A DNA stretch of 60,142 nucleotides, taken from NCBI GenBank assembly GCA_963741205.1, contig CAVUHW010000021.1:1-60142 (forward strand). The letters are read 5' to 3'. Of the stretch, positions 33,191 through 43,435 are shown in pieces. Below the pieces are notes generated by a model. The model made no database searches and had not been told where the DNA came from. It saw only the letters and a list, made by a program, of their open reading frames with translations. Each line of letters begins with the position of its first letter. Position 1 is the stretch's first letter. The DNA comes from Nitrospirota bacterium (lineage in GTDB: Bacteria > Nitrospirota > UBA9217). Made by a program: the position numbers and the translations under genes.

Positions 33191-34467
33191 CTACTCCATC
33201 GCCTTCAGCCGGTCGATCTCCTCCTTGATCAGCTGTTCCGCGAGGGGAGGGATCACTTCCCAGGCCACCCGCTCGATCACTTCCTTCGCGATCTCCCGGG
33301 CAACCTTTCTGACGGCGTCCTCGATTCCTCTTCTCAGGGTATCATCGGAGATCTTCGGGGGCGAAGGCGGGGGCATGTCCTTGAACGCGTCTGCGGCCAT
33401 CCTGGCCACGGCCTCTTCGGCCATGCGCCGGAGTTCGCCCTCGGGCAGCGACGGCGGCCGGACCAGCGGCATCCTGGCGAACATATCCTCGGCCATTTTT
33501 GAAACAGTCTCTTCCGCTATGCCCCAAAGATCGCCCTCCGATATCGTCGGGGGCTGCGGAAGCGGCATTTTTTCGAATGTCTCTTTTGCCAGCTTCGCAA
33601 CGGCCTCTTCGACTATTTTGCGAAGCTCGCCTTCCGGCAGCGGTAGACTGGCGGACCAAGCCGCGGCCGACGGCGCAGGCGTCGCTGCCTTCGGTTCCGT
33701 GACCGTTTCAAAAGACTCGAAGGACGCGACCCCGGTCCGAGACTCGGCGGTAGAATCCGCCAGGCCAAGACCGGCCCGCATCTCCTCAACGGCCTTTTCG
33801 CCGACAGGGAGGGCCTTTGCTCCTTCACGGGGCATCGGTTCCTCAACCTCCTCCACCTCGGGCTCCACTTCGTAAACCGACTCCTCCTCGCCGGCCGATT
33901 GGGCGGTAGTCTGCCTGACTTCCGATGCGGTCGGTGCCTCCTGAATAATGTCGAAGATATCGGCGGGCGTGGTCTGCTTCGGCTTGGCAATGGTTGCCGG
34001 TGGAACGGGGGAGAAGGCGCGGCCTCTGCCGGGCGCGGGGCCGGTGCCACAGGCTTTTGAGCAGTGGCCGGACGAGCGGGCTCTTCATGCTGCGGTTGGA
34101 CCGAGCCAACAGCCTTCCTGACCTTGGCGATCAGCTCCTGCGACTCGAAGGGTTTGGCGATATTGTCGACGATCCCTGCCTGCTTGCCTTTTACGGAATC
34201 GTAAACATCATCCCTGCTCATCATGAGGATAACGGGTATCTGCGCGAGCGGCGGCGTCTGCTTGAGCCTGGCGGCGAAGGTATAGCCGTCTATCTTCGGC
34301 AGATCAACGTCGGCGAGCACGACATCCGGAGCGGCGCGGGACGCTTCATTCAGGGCGGTCTCTCCGTCGCTCACGCACATTACTTCGTAGTCGCGGCCGG
34401 AAAACAGCATTTCCACGACCTTCTGGATGGTGATGCTTTTGTCAGCTAGCAGTATTTTAACCGGCAT
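33191..34467 (-). CDS. RomR-like response regulator (REC, Pro-rich linker, conserved C-terminal helix), frameshifted
   Basis: ILLADKSITIQKVV, C-terminus IERVAWEVIPPLAEQLIKEEIDRL, directly upstream of valS. Confidence 0.78.
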
Positions 34468-34654
34468 TGAGCAACCTTTCAAAGTCAAGGATTGTAATTT
34501 CCTGATCGTCGTCGAACACAAGCCCTTTTACAAAATTAGGATCGATCTCCAGCAGTCTCCCGATTGGAGCGGCATAACTCTCGCCGTCCAATGATAATAT
34601 CAGAAATCGAGTCCCTTCGTCCATCATTTTAAAATCAGCCCCGGGTCGCCAGGG

Positions 34655-34727
34655 CGGCGCCGGAGAGCAGCCGTTTCAGCGCCTCAAGCATTTCCTGTTC
34701 CTCGAAGGGTTTGACCAGATACTAGCA
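34655..34727 (-). pseudogene. Orphan C-terminal fragment of a receiver domain
   Basis: YLVKPFEEQEMLEALKRLL with no upstream frame. Confidence 0.5.
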
Positions 34728-34976
34728 TGGGGGAAAAGCCATTGTCAACAGCTGTCATCCTTCCCCGGCCGCTCTTATAAACTATTTCTATCTCTTGTAA
34801 CCTCTTTCTATGCTATAGTATCATTGGCTTTTCGCGGTTCGCCTCCCTGTCCCCAATGCACGGCCCCTTCCTGAGGACGTTGCAGGCAGGGACGGCGCTT
34901 GATACCCTGATGCCCGCGCGTTCACATCGCGATTCGGGTCCCGTTGAAAAAATACCTGGATACGAAGGAGGATAGT

Positions 34977-35837
34977 ATGAAGCAACGGATTTTATGGTAT
35001 GCAGTAGCAACGTTTTTGTTCTCCGCCCTGTCGGCTGTCCGTTCCGGCGACGCGTCGGCGGAGATCAAGTTCGGCATTCTGCCGAGACTGAGCGCCGTAG
35101 AGATGTCCCAGATGTTCAATCCCCTTGCGGAGTACCTGACTAAGGAAACCGGACAAAAAGTCGTACTGGTGATCCCGAAGGACTTCGAAGCCTTCAAGAA
35201 CATGGTAAAGGCGGGACAGGTGGACATGGCGTTTGCCAATCCGCTGATCTACGTCGAGCTCAAGAAGAGCGTCAACCTGGAGCCGCTCGCCCTTGCTTCA
35301 GAGCCCAAAAGCGGCACGAGGTTCCGGGGGATCATCATCGCGAGAAAGGACAGCGGCATCGAAAATATCCAGGACCTGAAAGGCAAAAAGCTGAGTTTTG
35401 TGGACAAGGACTCCGCTGCCGGCTACATCTTTCAGATACTCCTCCTGAGCAAGGCGGGGCTCGATGTGAAAAAGGACTTTATCCAGCTTCCGTTCGCGAA
35501 GAAGCACGACAATGTCACCATGGCCGTGTTCAATAAGGCCGCCGATGCCGGCGGCATTCGCGAGGACGATCTGGACAAGATGAAAGACAAGGTGGACCTT
35601 TCGAAGCTCAAGATCGTCGGGTTTACAGACTATTTCCCAAACTGGCCCGTTTTCTCCTCGCCGAAACTGGACAAGGCGATTGTCGCGAAAATACAGGCGG
35701 CGCTGCTTAAGCTTAAACCGAACGAGCCTCAGTCCGAGACGGTCCTCGGGGCCGCGCGTCTGACCGGGTTCGCGCCCGTCGCGGACAAGGACTACGACAA
35801 CCTCCGCAAGGCGGCTGCCCTCGCGGGGGCGCTGTAG
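34977..35837 (+). CDS. PhnD/PtxB-like (phosphate/phosphite/phosphonate family) periplasmic binding protein
   Basis: Signal peptide; FGILP, PLAEYL, DMAFANP..YV, DLKGK..SFVD..SAAGY, HDNV..AV...ADAG. Confidence 0.85.
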   Translation: MKQRILWYAVATFLFSALSAVRSGDASAEIKFGILPRLSAVEMSQMFNPLAEYLTKETGQKVVLVIPKDFEAFKNMVKAGQVDMAFANPLIYVELKKSVNLEPLALASEPKSGTRFRGIIIARKDSGIENIQDLKGKKLSFVDKDSAAGYIFQILLLSKAGLDVKKDFIQLPFAKKHDNVTMAVFNKAADAGGIREDDLDKMKDKVDLSKLKIVGFTDYFPNWPVFSSPKLDKAIVAKIQAALLKLKPNEPQSETVLGAARLTGFAPVADKDYDNLRKAAALAGAL

Positions 35838-35865
35838 GCGGGCCGGCCTTCCGCGCTTGGAGCAG

Positions 35866-36047
35866 GCGCGGCGAGCGGAGCGGGCGGGAGGAATGATCGC
35901 GAAGCTGGTCCCGGACATCCAGAAGCCGCCGAGCTCGTTCAGGAAATCAGCGCGTCGAGCAAGGAACAGGCAGGAGGGGCGGGGTAGATCAGCTGCGCCA
36001 TCCAGCAGCTGAACACGGTAACCCAGCGGAACGCGGGCGCGGCCTAA
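35866..36047 (+). pseudogene. Methyl-accepting chemotaxis protein signalling-domain remnant
   Basis: KLVPDIQK, EISASSKEQ..G, AIQQLNTVTQRNA with internal stops; no N-terminus. Confidence 0.65.
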
Positions 36048-36111
36048 GAGAAGGGCCTGCCCCAGGCGGGGCAAGCCCTTTTGTCAGAGCTAAGACGAGG
36101 GACTGTTGCCG

Positions 36112-36951
36112 CTATTCCTTCGGTTTGGTCCATACGAGGAACGGGCAGAGTTTGCACATGTTGAACCCCGGATAGGTCTCTCCTGTTCGCGGGAAGGACA
36201 CGCCGCCGTCGCGCACCGTGCGCTCGAGCATCCACCGGACCGTGGGCGCGAGCTGGTCGCCGGGCCAGATCCAGTTGATCTCTCCTTGTTCCGTCTTTCC
36301 GGCGGTGTAGCTGCCGCTGCACATGGGCGTGATGTTGGGTTTGTTCGAGAGGAAGACCGCCGAAACGCCGTGGCACGCGGAGCTGTTCATGGTCATCGTC
36401 ATCTCGAGGGGATGAATGTCCATGGCCGCCATCCAGTCGTTCCCCAGGTGGTAGACCTGAAGCACGTCGCTCATGCCGTGGATCACGTCGGGCTTGTAGG
36501 GCGCTTTGTGGAGCGGCGCGGTTGCAAAGGCCAACAGGCCGGTCTTCAGCCTCTGTTTCGATTTGACGAACTTCTCAGCCTGCGCCTTGTCCTTCGTATA
36601 CTTGAAGTGGCTTTTCACTTCGCCTTCATCGTACTCCTTCCAGCCGAATACATACTGGGCGTTGCTGCACCCGAGTCCCTTGAGTTCGGAGAGCAGGACG
36701 TCCCCCCGCTGTCTCGACGCAGCCAGGTAGTGGCAGAAGGTGAAGGGATGGAGCCCCGTCTTGTACTCCGTGGATTTCTTGAATTCCTTCAGCTCGTCCT
36801 GGGAATAAAAGAACTTCACGGCCACCGGGTAGTACTTCATCTTGAGGAGGTTCCTCAGGGAAAAAACCAGGTCCGCGTTGCTCAGTGTCTTCTTTTCGAG
36901 CATGGCCTTGGCAAAGGCCACGTCGTCCAGCATGGTCATTGATTCAATCAT
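36112..36951 (-). CDS. DUF169 family protein
   Basis: L.MKYYPVAVKF, TFCH, LGCSNA.YVFG, PDVI, SSACH. Confidence 0.7.
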   Translation of the reverse strand: MIESMTMLDDVAFAKAMLEKKTLSNADLVFSLRNLLKMKYYPVAVKFFYSQDELKEFKKSTEYKTGLHPFTFCHYLAASRQRGDVLLSELKGLGCSNAQYVFGWKEYDEGEVKSHFKYTKDKAQAEKFVKSKQRLKTGLLAFATAPLHKAPYKPDVIHGMSDVLQVYHLGNDWMAAMDIHPLEMTMTMNSSACHGVSAVFLSNKPNITPMCSGSYTAGKTEQGEINWIWPGDQLAPTVRWMLERTVRDGGVSFPRTGETYPGFNMCKLCPFLVWTKPKE

Positions 36952-36987
36952 GACGTTCTCCTTCCTCGATCATTGTGAAATTTATTC

Positions 36988-37380
36988 CTAACCCCACCAG
37001 CCCAGGAGCTGCGTCGCCAGGGCAAGAAGCAGCACGACGGCGACCCGCTTGACCCAGAGGGGGCTGATGCGCTTTGCGATCTGCGGGCCGAGGTAGCCGC
37101 CGATAACGGCGGCCACGGCCATGATGGCGAAGAGCTTGTAGTCGACTGTTTCGAAAAACACGTTTTTGCTCGTGGCCATCAGCGTGTTGAAGAAGATGGC
37201 GAGGAGCGAGCTCCCCACCACGACATAGATGGGAAGTCCCATGATGACCGTCATGAGCGGCACCATGAAAGGCCCGCCGCCGAACCCGAACATGGACGAC
37301 GCGATGGCGATGATGAACGCGCCGATAACGCCGATAACCGGGTTTGCCTTAATTTCCTGTCCGCAAAAAAGGATGTTCAT
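36988..37380 (-). CDS. TauE/SafE (TSUP) transporter, C-terminal half
   Basis: SSMFGFGGGPFMVP, VVGSSL, GGYLG. Confidence 0.8.
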   Translation of the reverse strand: MNILFCGQEIKANPVIGVIGAFIIAIASSMFGFGGGPFMVPLMTVIMGLPIYVVVGSSLLAIFFNTLMATSKNVFFETVDYKLFAIMAVAAVIGGYLGPQIAKRISPLWVKRVAVVLLLALATQLLGWWG

Positions 37381-37393
37381 GTGATGTTCCCCC

Positions 37394-38626
37394 TTAGGAT
37401 TTTTTGATCTCGCACTTGCCCTGCTCAGCCTGCTTTTTGAGGTGCTTCAATATTTCTTGCTCCTGCTTGTTCTTCGCTACCTGGGCGGGAAGCGTCTGCC
37501 AGAACATGAGGCCCGCCAGGATGATGAGAACGATCCCGAAGAGGCTCTTGAACTGTGTCAACGAGATAAGCTGGGTGAGCACCGGGCCGATGAATCCTCC
37601 GGCCAGCATGGCAACACCCATGGTGAGCCCGAGCTTCCAGCTGATGAATTTGATCTTGCTGTAGTTGTAGATGCCCGAGGCCTGGGAGAAGAGCACCGTC
37701 GGGAGCACCGTCCCCGCCACGATGGCATGGGGCAGCCCGTAGAGCCAGAGGAGGACCGGGGTCAGGATGAAACCGCCGCCCGCTCCCATAAGCACACCTA
37801 GCATCGTGATGACCAGCGCGAGGAAAAAAGGGCCGAAGACGTTCATGGCCATGCCCGCGCGTTCGAAGTACCACGTACCCGCCGGAAGCTTCACGGCGAG
37901 GGGTGCCGCGGCCTTGTCGCTCTTGTCCGTGAAGGCCGTCACTGTGTAGGAGCCGTCGGCGATGCCTGCGGGCAGTTTGAGCGACGCTTCGAAGGTCCCA
38001 TCGGGTCGAATATCCACCGCGGGCTTGAGCAGTTTGCCCGGCGATCTAAAGCGGGCCTTGTAAAGCGGGAGCGCCCCCTTCAGGTTCCCTTTGTCATCCA
38101 TCGGCTCCATGAGGCTGCCGCGCGACCCGGTGATCACGGCGATGATGGAAGTCTTCCTCCGCTCCACTTTGGCTGCCGCAGGCCGTAATCCCGAGGGGTC
38201 GATTCCCAGGTCCTTGAGGGCGCCGGAGTAGCTCCAGTCGTCTTTCTGCGCCCTGAGGGCCTCGATCTTTTCCTTGGTGTCTTTCGGGGTAAGGGTTATG
38301 TAGTACGCGGGGATGTCGTGGCTCGAGTAGAAAATCCAAGGGATCTTCCCGGTTTCCTTGTCCGGCTTGCTGTCAAGCCGCCTGACCTCGACGGTCTTCT
38401 CCGATGCCACCTCGATGAACACCGGCTTGCCCTTCTCCGCCGTCCCTGTTATCTTGATTGTGTCTTCCGGATTGTATTCCGTCTTATCAATCTTGATCGT
38501 GACAGGCGCGGGGGCAGGCTGAGGGGCGGGGAACTTCCTTGGTGTGACTGCGGCGCCGGCCGGGGACGCAAGGCATGCTGCCACTAACAAAACATTTACT
38601 GCGAAGAACAGCTTTCTCAATGCCAT
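37394..38626 (-). CDS. TauE/SafE (TSUP) N-terminal half fused to a large exported domain
   Basis: Signal peptide, ~250-aa soluble beta-rich region, then LMGAGGGFILTP, VAGT.L, GGFIGP. Confidence 0.8.
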   Translation of the reverse strand: MALRKLFFAVNVLLVAACLASPAGAAVTPRKFPAPQPAPAPVTIKIDKTEYNPEDTIKITGTAEKGKPVFIEVASEKTVEVRRLDSKPDKETGKIPWIFYSSHDIPAYYITLTPKDTKEKIEALRAQKDDWSYSGALKDLGIDPSGLRPAAAKVERRKTSIIAVITGSRGSLMEPMDDKGNLKGALPLYKARFRSPGKLLKPAVDIRPDGTFEASLKLPAGIADGSYTVTAFTDKSDKAAAPLAVKLPAGTWYFERAGMAMNVFGPFFLALVITMLGVLMGAGGGFILTPVLLWLYGLPHAIVAGTVLPTVLFSQASGIYNYSKIKFISWKLGLTMGVAMLAGGFIGPVLTQLISLTQFKSLFGIVLIILAGLMFWQTLPAQVAKNKQEQEILKHLKKQAEQGKCEIKKS

Positions 38627-38781
38627 ACTTTTCCTCCCTGTCGTAGGTAAAATAGGAGTGGACCTTTCGTGTAGAATGGTAACAGAAGAATCGCAGGTTG
38701 GCAATATATTTTACTATTACAAACTGCAATGATAGTTTTTATTCGCCTTCTGACGCAGATGAAGGAGCCCCGTGAGGAAAC

Positions 38782-39780
38782 ATGGACTGCTCTCGAAAAT
38801 TCAGCCTCTTCAATAGAATATTCTTTTTATCAGTCCTGGTCGTCAGCATAACCACAGGCTGCGACTTCAGCCCCGGAAAGTCTCGCACAAAATCATCAGG
38901 TGTGACAACTCTTGATACAGCAGCTGTCCTGGCGGGTCCGGATCCTGTTTTCGTTTCCGACTATTTTTCCTTCGTCGGGGCTGACGAGAAAGGTCATGTA
39001 GCATTTGCGATCGACAATGACCGCTCTCGCCGCGGTAACAACTTCGACGCCGATGCGCATGTGTTCCTGCACGACGAACGCGAGGGGTGGGTCAGGATCT
39101 CGGGCAACGGAGCGTACAAGAACGGAAAGAAGGAGCTGCTGCGTATTCCCGATTCTCCGGACTTTCAATTCAGTGGCGAGGTACAGAGCGGGATAACCCT
39201 CGAAAGTCCCCGAAACCGGTTGAAGCTCGTCGCTGAACCGATGCTGGAGCGGTTCTCCCGCGTCACGAACGATTCGATATTTTCCATGGGCTCGACCTCG
39301 GCTGCCCTCTTCTGGAAGGACCGGGTGATCCCCGGACGGGTAATCTACGAATATATATTCATGGTCAACACGTCTCCCTGGTACTCGTACGTTTCCGGCC
39401 TGTTCTATAACGACTTTCAGGGATTGTACCTGGAAACGATCGACCAGGGAGACCTCTATCTCAGGAATGAAAAAGGGAAAACATCTTTCGGAAACGCGTT
39501 GGGGTTCCTGGTGCTGGATCAGAAGAGCGAGGTCTTGGAAGACCTGCGAATTGAGGTTCCCGAACGAAGCCTTGCCTTCGGCTTCTACCGCTGGCCCGGT
39601 ACCTGGCAAGTGTCCTGGCGAGGCAGCAAGGGCCATGGCTCGCTTTCCGTAACAGTCGTCGACCGGAAGAACGTTACCAACTGGGTCATCGGCGGTTTTG
39701 CCATGGCTGTTGTTTCGGGCCAGCTTACCTGGGACGGAAAAACCCGGCCGGTCTACGGCCTCGCGGAGCTGATACGATAG
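38782..39780 (+). CDS. Hypothetical lipoprotein, beta-rich
   Basis: Intact 332-aa ORF, lipobox-like TTGC, RBS upstream. Confidence 0.7.
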   Translation: MDCSRKFSLFNRIFFLSVLVVSITTGCDFSPGKSRTKSSGVTTLDTAAVLAGPDPVFVSDYFSFVGADEKGHVAFAIDNDRSRRGNNFDADAHVFLHDEREGWVRISGNGAYKNGKKELLRIPDSPDFQFSGEVQSGITLESPRNRLKLVAEPMLERFSRVTNDSIFSMGSTSAALFWKDRVIPGRVIYEYIFMVNTSPWYSYVSGLFYNDFQGLYLETIDQGDLYLRNEKGKTSFGNALGFLVLDQKSEVLEDLRIEVPERSLAFGFYRWPGTWQVSWRGSKGHGSLSVTVVDRKNVTNWVIGGFAMAVVSGQLTWDGKTRPVYGLAELIR

Positions 39781-39910
39781 GAAATCCTCCCAGGATGCCA
39801 TGAGAGTCTCATCGCGCGGAAGATGAGACACCTCAAAAAAAAATCCGGGAATCTTACCCTCCCCGGATCTTAGCAAATGAGAAACTCGAGATGTGAGTTC
39901 GGAGTTTTCC

Positions 39911-40102
39911 TTACGCCGCCTTGCCGGTTTTACTTACACGTTCTATTCCGGCAAATACCTGGGGCCGATTCTGGAACTCCTTCTTATCATTATTGCTGCA
40001 GAAATAATACGTTTGTCCCTTGTAGTCGGCTTTGAACTTTGAGTCCTTTTTAACTTCCATGCCGCACACGGAACAATTCATTTTGTTTTTTGTCGATGAC
40101 AT
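39911..40102 (-). CDS. YHS-domain protein
   Basis: CSVCGMEV...YKGQTYYFCS..DKKEF...P; RBS GGAGG. Confidence 0.85.
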   Translation of the reverse strand: MSSTKNKMNCSVCGMEVKKDSKFKADYKGQTYYFCSNNDKKEFQNRPQVFAGIERVSKTGKAA

Positions 40103-40399
40103 TTACTTCAACCTCCCTTCCCCCTATTTAAAATATAGCAACCGGACCTGCAGCCTGTCAAATTTCAGACGTATTTTCACCTTTTTTTAATACTATTTCA
40201 TTAGCTTACGAGCTGGCCGGATGCGGCTCCGCGACGTCTGTTCGACGTACTCAAGAAGCAGCTTCCGGGACTCGGAGGTCAGGTCCGTGAATATGAGTCC
40301 GTATTGATAGCCTTCATCGCCGGGAGCCGGCTCAACGGCCCCGATGACCGTAAAGGCGGCCTGGAGATACTCGCCTATCGTCAGATTGGCAATCCCGCC

Positions 40400-41590
40400 C
40401 TACATCCGCTTCGCAATAACGTCCAGGAACTCCTCGGTCTGCGCATACTTGCCGGGCCTGGGTTCCGCGATGGACGCGAGGTCCTTGGTCATAATGCCGC
40501 TCTCGACGGTCGCGATCACGACCTCTTCAAGCCTCCGCGCGAAAGCGACAACCTCCGGCGTCTTGTCCAGCTCACCGCGGCGGGCGATCGCCCCGGTCCA
40601 GGCGAAGATGGAGGCCACGGAGTTCGTGGACGTGGGGTTTCCCTTCAGGTGCTCGTAGTAATGGCGCATGACCGTGCCGTGGGCCGCCTCGTACACGTAT
40701 TTTCCCTCGGGCGAGACGAGGACCGAGGTCATGAGGCCGAGGCTCCCGAAGCCCGAGGCCACCATGTCGCTCATCACGTCGCCGTCGTAGTTCATGCAGG
40801 CCCAGAGCATGCCGCCTTCGGCCTTCATGATCTGCGCGACCGCGTCGTCGATCAGCATGTAGCGGTATCTAACCCCGCTTGCTTCGAGGTCCGCCTTGCG
40901 GGCGTCCGCTTCGGAGTCGAAGACCTCCTTGAAAAAGCCGTGGTAGGTCTTCGAGATCGTGTCCTTGGCGCCGAACCACAGGTCGCACCTCTCCCCGACG
41001 GCGTAATTGATGCAGGCCCTGGCGAAGCTCCTGATTGATTTTTCCGTATTGTGGATGCCCATGATCACACCCGGTCCCTTGAACTCGTGGACCGCGAGGG
41101 ACACGCGCTCGCCGGACGCAGGCGTGAAGACGAGCTCGGCCTTCCCGGGGCCGGGCACCTTGTACTCCACGGATTTGTAGATGTCACCGTAGGCGTGCCG
41201 GCCGATGGAGATGGGCCTCTTCCAGCTCCGCACGGCAGGCGGAATGTTTTTGACGATGATCGGCTTGCGGAAGACCGTCCCGTCCAGAATGGACCGGATC
41301 GTCCCGTTCGGGCTTTTCCAGGCCTGCTTCAAATGGTACTCCTTGACCCGCCCCGCATTCGGCGTGATGGTCGCGCACTTCACGCCCACGCCGTGCAAAA
41401 GGACCGCGTTCGCCGCGTCAAGGGTCACCCGGTCGTCGGTCTCGTCGCGGTGCTTTATGCCGAGGTCGTAGTATTGCAAGTCCATCGCGAGATGGGGAAA
41501 GAGCAGCTTCTCCTTGATCATTTGCCAGATGATCCGCGTCATCTCGTCGCCGTCCATCTCGACGATGGGTCCTTTTACGATAATCGCCAC
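40400..41590 (-). CDS. icd: NADP-dependent isocitrate dehydrogenase (type II)
   Basis: [59 protein letters not shown]. Confidence 0.96.
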   Translation of the reverse strand: MAIIVKGPIVEMDGDEMTRIIWQMIKEKLLFPHLAMDLQYYDLGIKHRDETDDRVTLDAANAVLLHGVGVKCATITPNAGRVKEYHLKQAWKSPNGTIRSILDGTVFRKPIIVKNIPPAVRSWKRPISIGRHAYGDIYKSVEYKVPGPGKAELVFTPASGERVSLAVHEFKGPGVIMGIHNTEKSIRSFARACINYAVGERCDLWFGAKDTISKTYHGFFKEVFDSEADARKADLEASGVRYRYMLIDDAVAQIMKAEGGMLWACMNYDGDVMSDMVASGFGSLGLMTSVLVSPEGKYVYEAAHGTVMRHYYEHLKGNPTSTNSVASIFAWTGAIARRGELDKTPEVVAFARRLEEVVIATVESGIMTKDLASIAEPRPGKYAQTEEFLDVIAKRM

Positions 41591-41677
41591 GTCATAATCT
41601 CCTTCAGAATAAAATAGTAGTGATATGAGCGATGATTGTAATGCCGGGCAGGAAAATTGTCAACCGGCAATCGAAGG

Positions 41678-43214
41678 CCGAATTGACTCACAATAAATGT
41701 TACCCAACCGCATTTTGAAAAGTATCGTTGACTCATAATGCATGTTACCGGAACTATACCCCTAAAAGGAGGGTTAGTTCTGATGAGTCCACGATCCAAA
41801 CGGGAGTACCTGGCTGCAATCGTAAAACGGTACCGGGCCGCCTCCCGGAAGATGAAAACAGCGATCCTGAACGAGTTCTGTTCAACCTGCGGGTATCACC
41901 GAAAGCATGCCCTCAGGCTTCTGCGGACCTTCCGGCGATTTACCCAAAAGAATCCGGCAAAACGAGGCAGAAAGCCGGTGTATGACACGGAGACGCTCCT
42001 CGTACCCTTAAAGCGTATCTGGATGACGGCAAATCTGCCGTGCTCAAAGCGCCTGAAGGCCATCATCCCTGAGTGGCTGCCAGGATATATTAAATCCTAT
42101 GGCCCCATCTCGCAGGAGACGGCAGTGGCCTTGCTCAGAATATCTCCATCGAGCATCGACAGGATACTAAACCCGATCCGCGCAGAGTATACCAAGCACG
42201 GCAGGGCCACAACCAAGCCGGGAACGCTCTTAAGAAGGCATATCCCGGTGAAAACCAACCAATGGGATGAATCCCGGCCGGGCTTCCTGGAGGCTGATAC
42301 CGTAGCCCACTGCGGAAGCACTACAGAAGGCATGTACGCCAATACCGTCGACTGCGTGGACATCGCCACCGGCTGGACGGAGCAGCGCGCTGTCTGGGGC
42401 AAAAACTATCAGGATGTCATCGACCAGATCAAGGATATCGAACAATCCCTGCCGTTCCCGATCCTGGGCTTTGACGCGGACAACGGCAGTGAGTTCTTAA
42501 ACCATCACCTGCTTCGCTATCTGACCGAGAGGAAACGGCCGATTCAGTTCACCCGAAGCCGGGCCTATAAAAAAGACGATAATGCTCATATCGAGCAGAA
42601 AAACTGGACCCATGTGAGACAATGGCTTGGCTACGATCGCCTGGACTCTCCGGAGGTTGTTCCTCTCATGAACGAGCTTTATACCACCGAGTGGAGGCTG
42701 TTTCTGAACTTCTTCTGTCCTTCGGTGAAGCTGCTGGAAAAGAAACGGGTTGCTTCAAAGATCGTGAAACGCTATGATAAGCCCAAAACTCCTTACCGGA
42801 GAATCTTGGAGTCTCCCGATGTCTCCGATGAAACAAAGCGCAAACTCAAAGAACAATATAAAACCTAAACCCTTTTGAGCTGAGAAAAGCCTTGGAGGTT
42901 AAGCTTAAAAAGATCTTCAAACCGTAAACCCAAACCCTGCGTCCACGCTATTGCACCAAGACGGAGCGGACAGATTGCTTAAAAGAGGCTGCTTGAGAGG
43001 GATGGTTAGGTATGGCCCAGCCTCAGAAAACTCAAACACGGCCATCCTACGAAGCCTATTTTTTAAGCTGCGATGCCTTACATCCCCAAATCTCAAAAAT
43101 GCCTAGACTAGAGGAGAGCAACTATAGTTGAGAGTCACTCAGACAAATTTCAATTAAAAAACTCGACAAAGCCCATAATGATCTTCCGGTAACATTTTAT
43201 TATGAAGCAACTGG
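41678..43214 (+). mobile_element. IS1604-like (ISNCY) insertion sequence with 12-bp TSD
   Basis: TSD GGCAATCGAAGG (41666-41677, 43215-43226); ends CCGAATTGACTCACAATAAATGTTACC vs reverse complement CCAGTTGCTTCATAATAAAATGTTACC; extra internal TIR copy at 41728. Confidence 0.88.
41783..42927 (+). CDS. Integrase-core DDE transposase (probable frameshift at ~42866)
   Basis: PGFLEADTVAHCG, DIATGW, DADNGSEF, FTRSRAYKKDDNAHIEQKN, YDKPKTPY.R. Confidence 0.92.
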
Positions 43215-43363
43215 GGCAATCGAAGGATTTGCGTCGGTTCAGGGTAGGTTATGCTCACGTCCACCCCGCCAACAAGGACGATGCCCTGCACTTTGCCAAT
43301 TCATCGTCTTCATCAGGCTGGGTAGACGACTTCCATTTCCAAGCTGTCTAACATGCTCGACAC

Positions 43364-43389
43364 AAAAAAGGGCCTGCGTGAGCAGGCCC
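43364..43389 (-). terminator. Intrinsic terminator after the repeat cytochrome gene
   Basis: GGGCCTGC-TCAC-GCAGGCCC followed by a T run on the minus strand. Confidence 0.8.
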
Positions 43390-43435
43390 CTTGGATGGTT
43401 GAAGACGTTCTAAGTCAGTACTTCCTCGCTACAAC

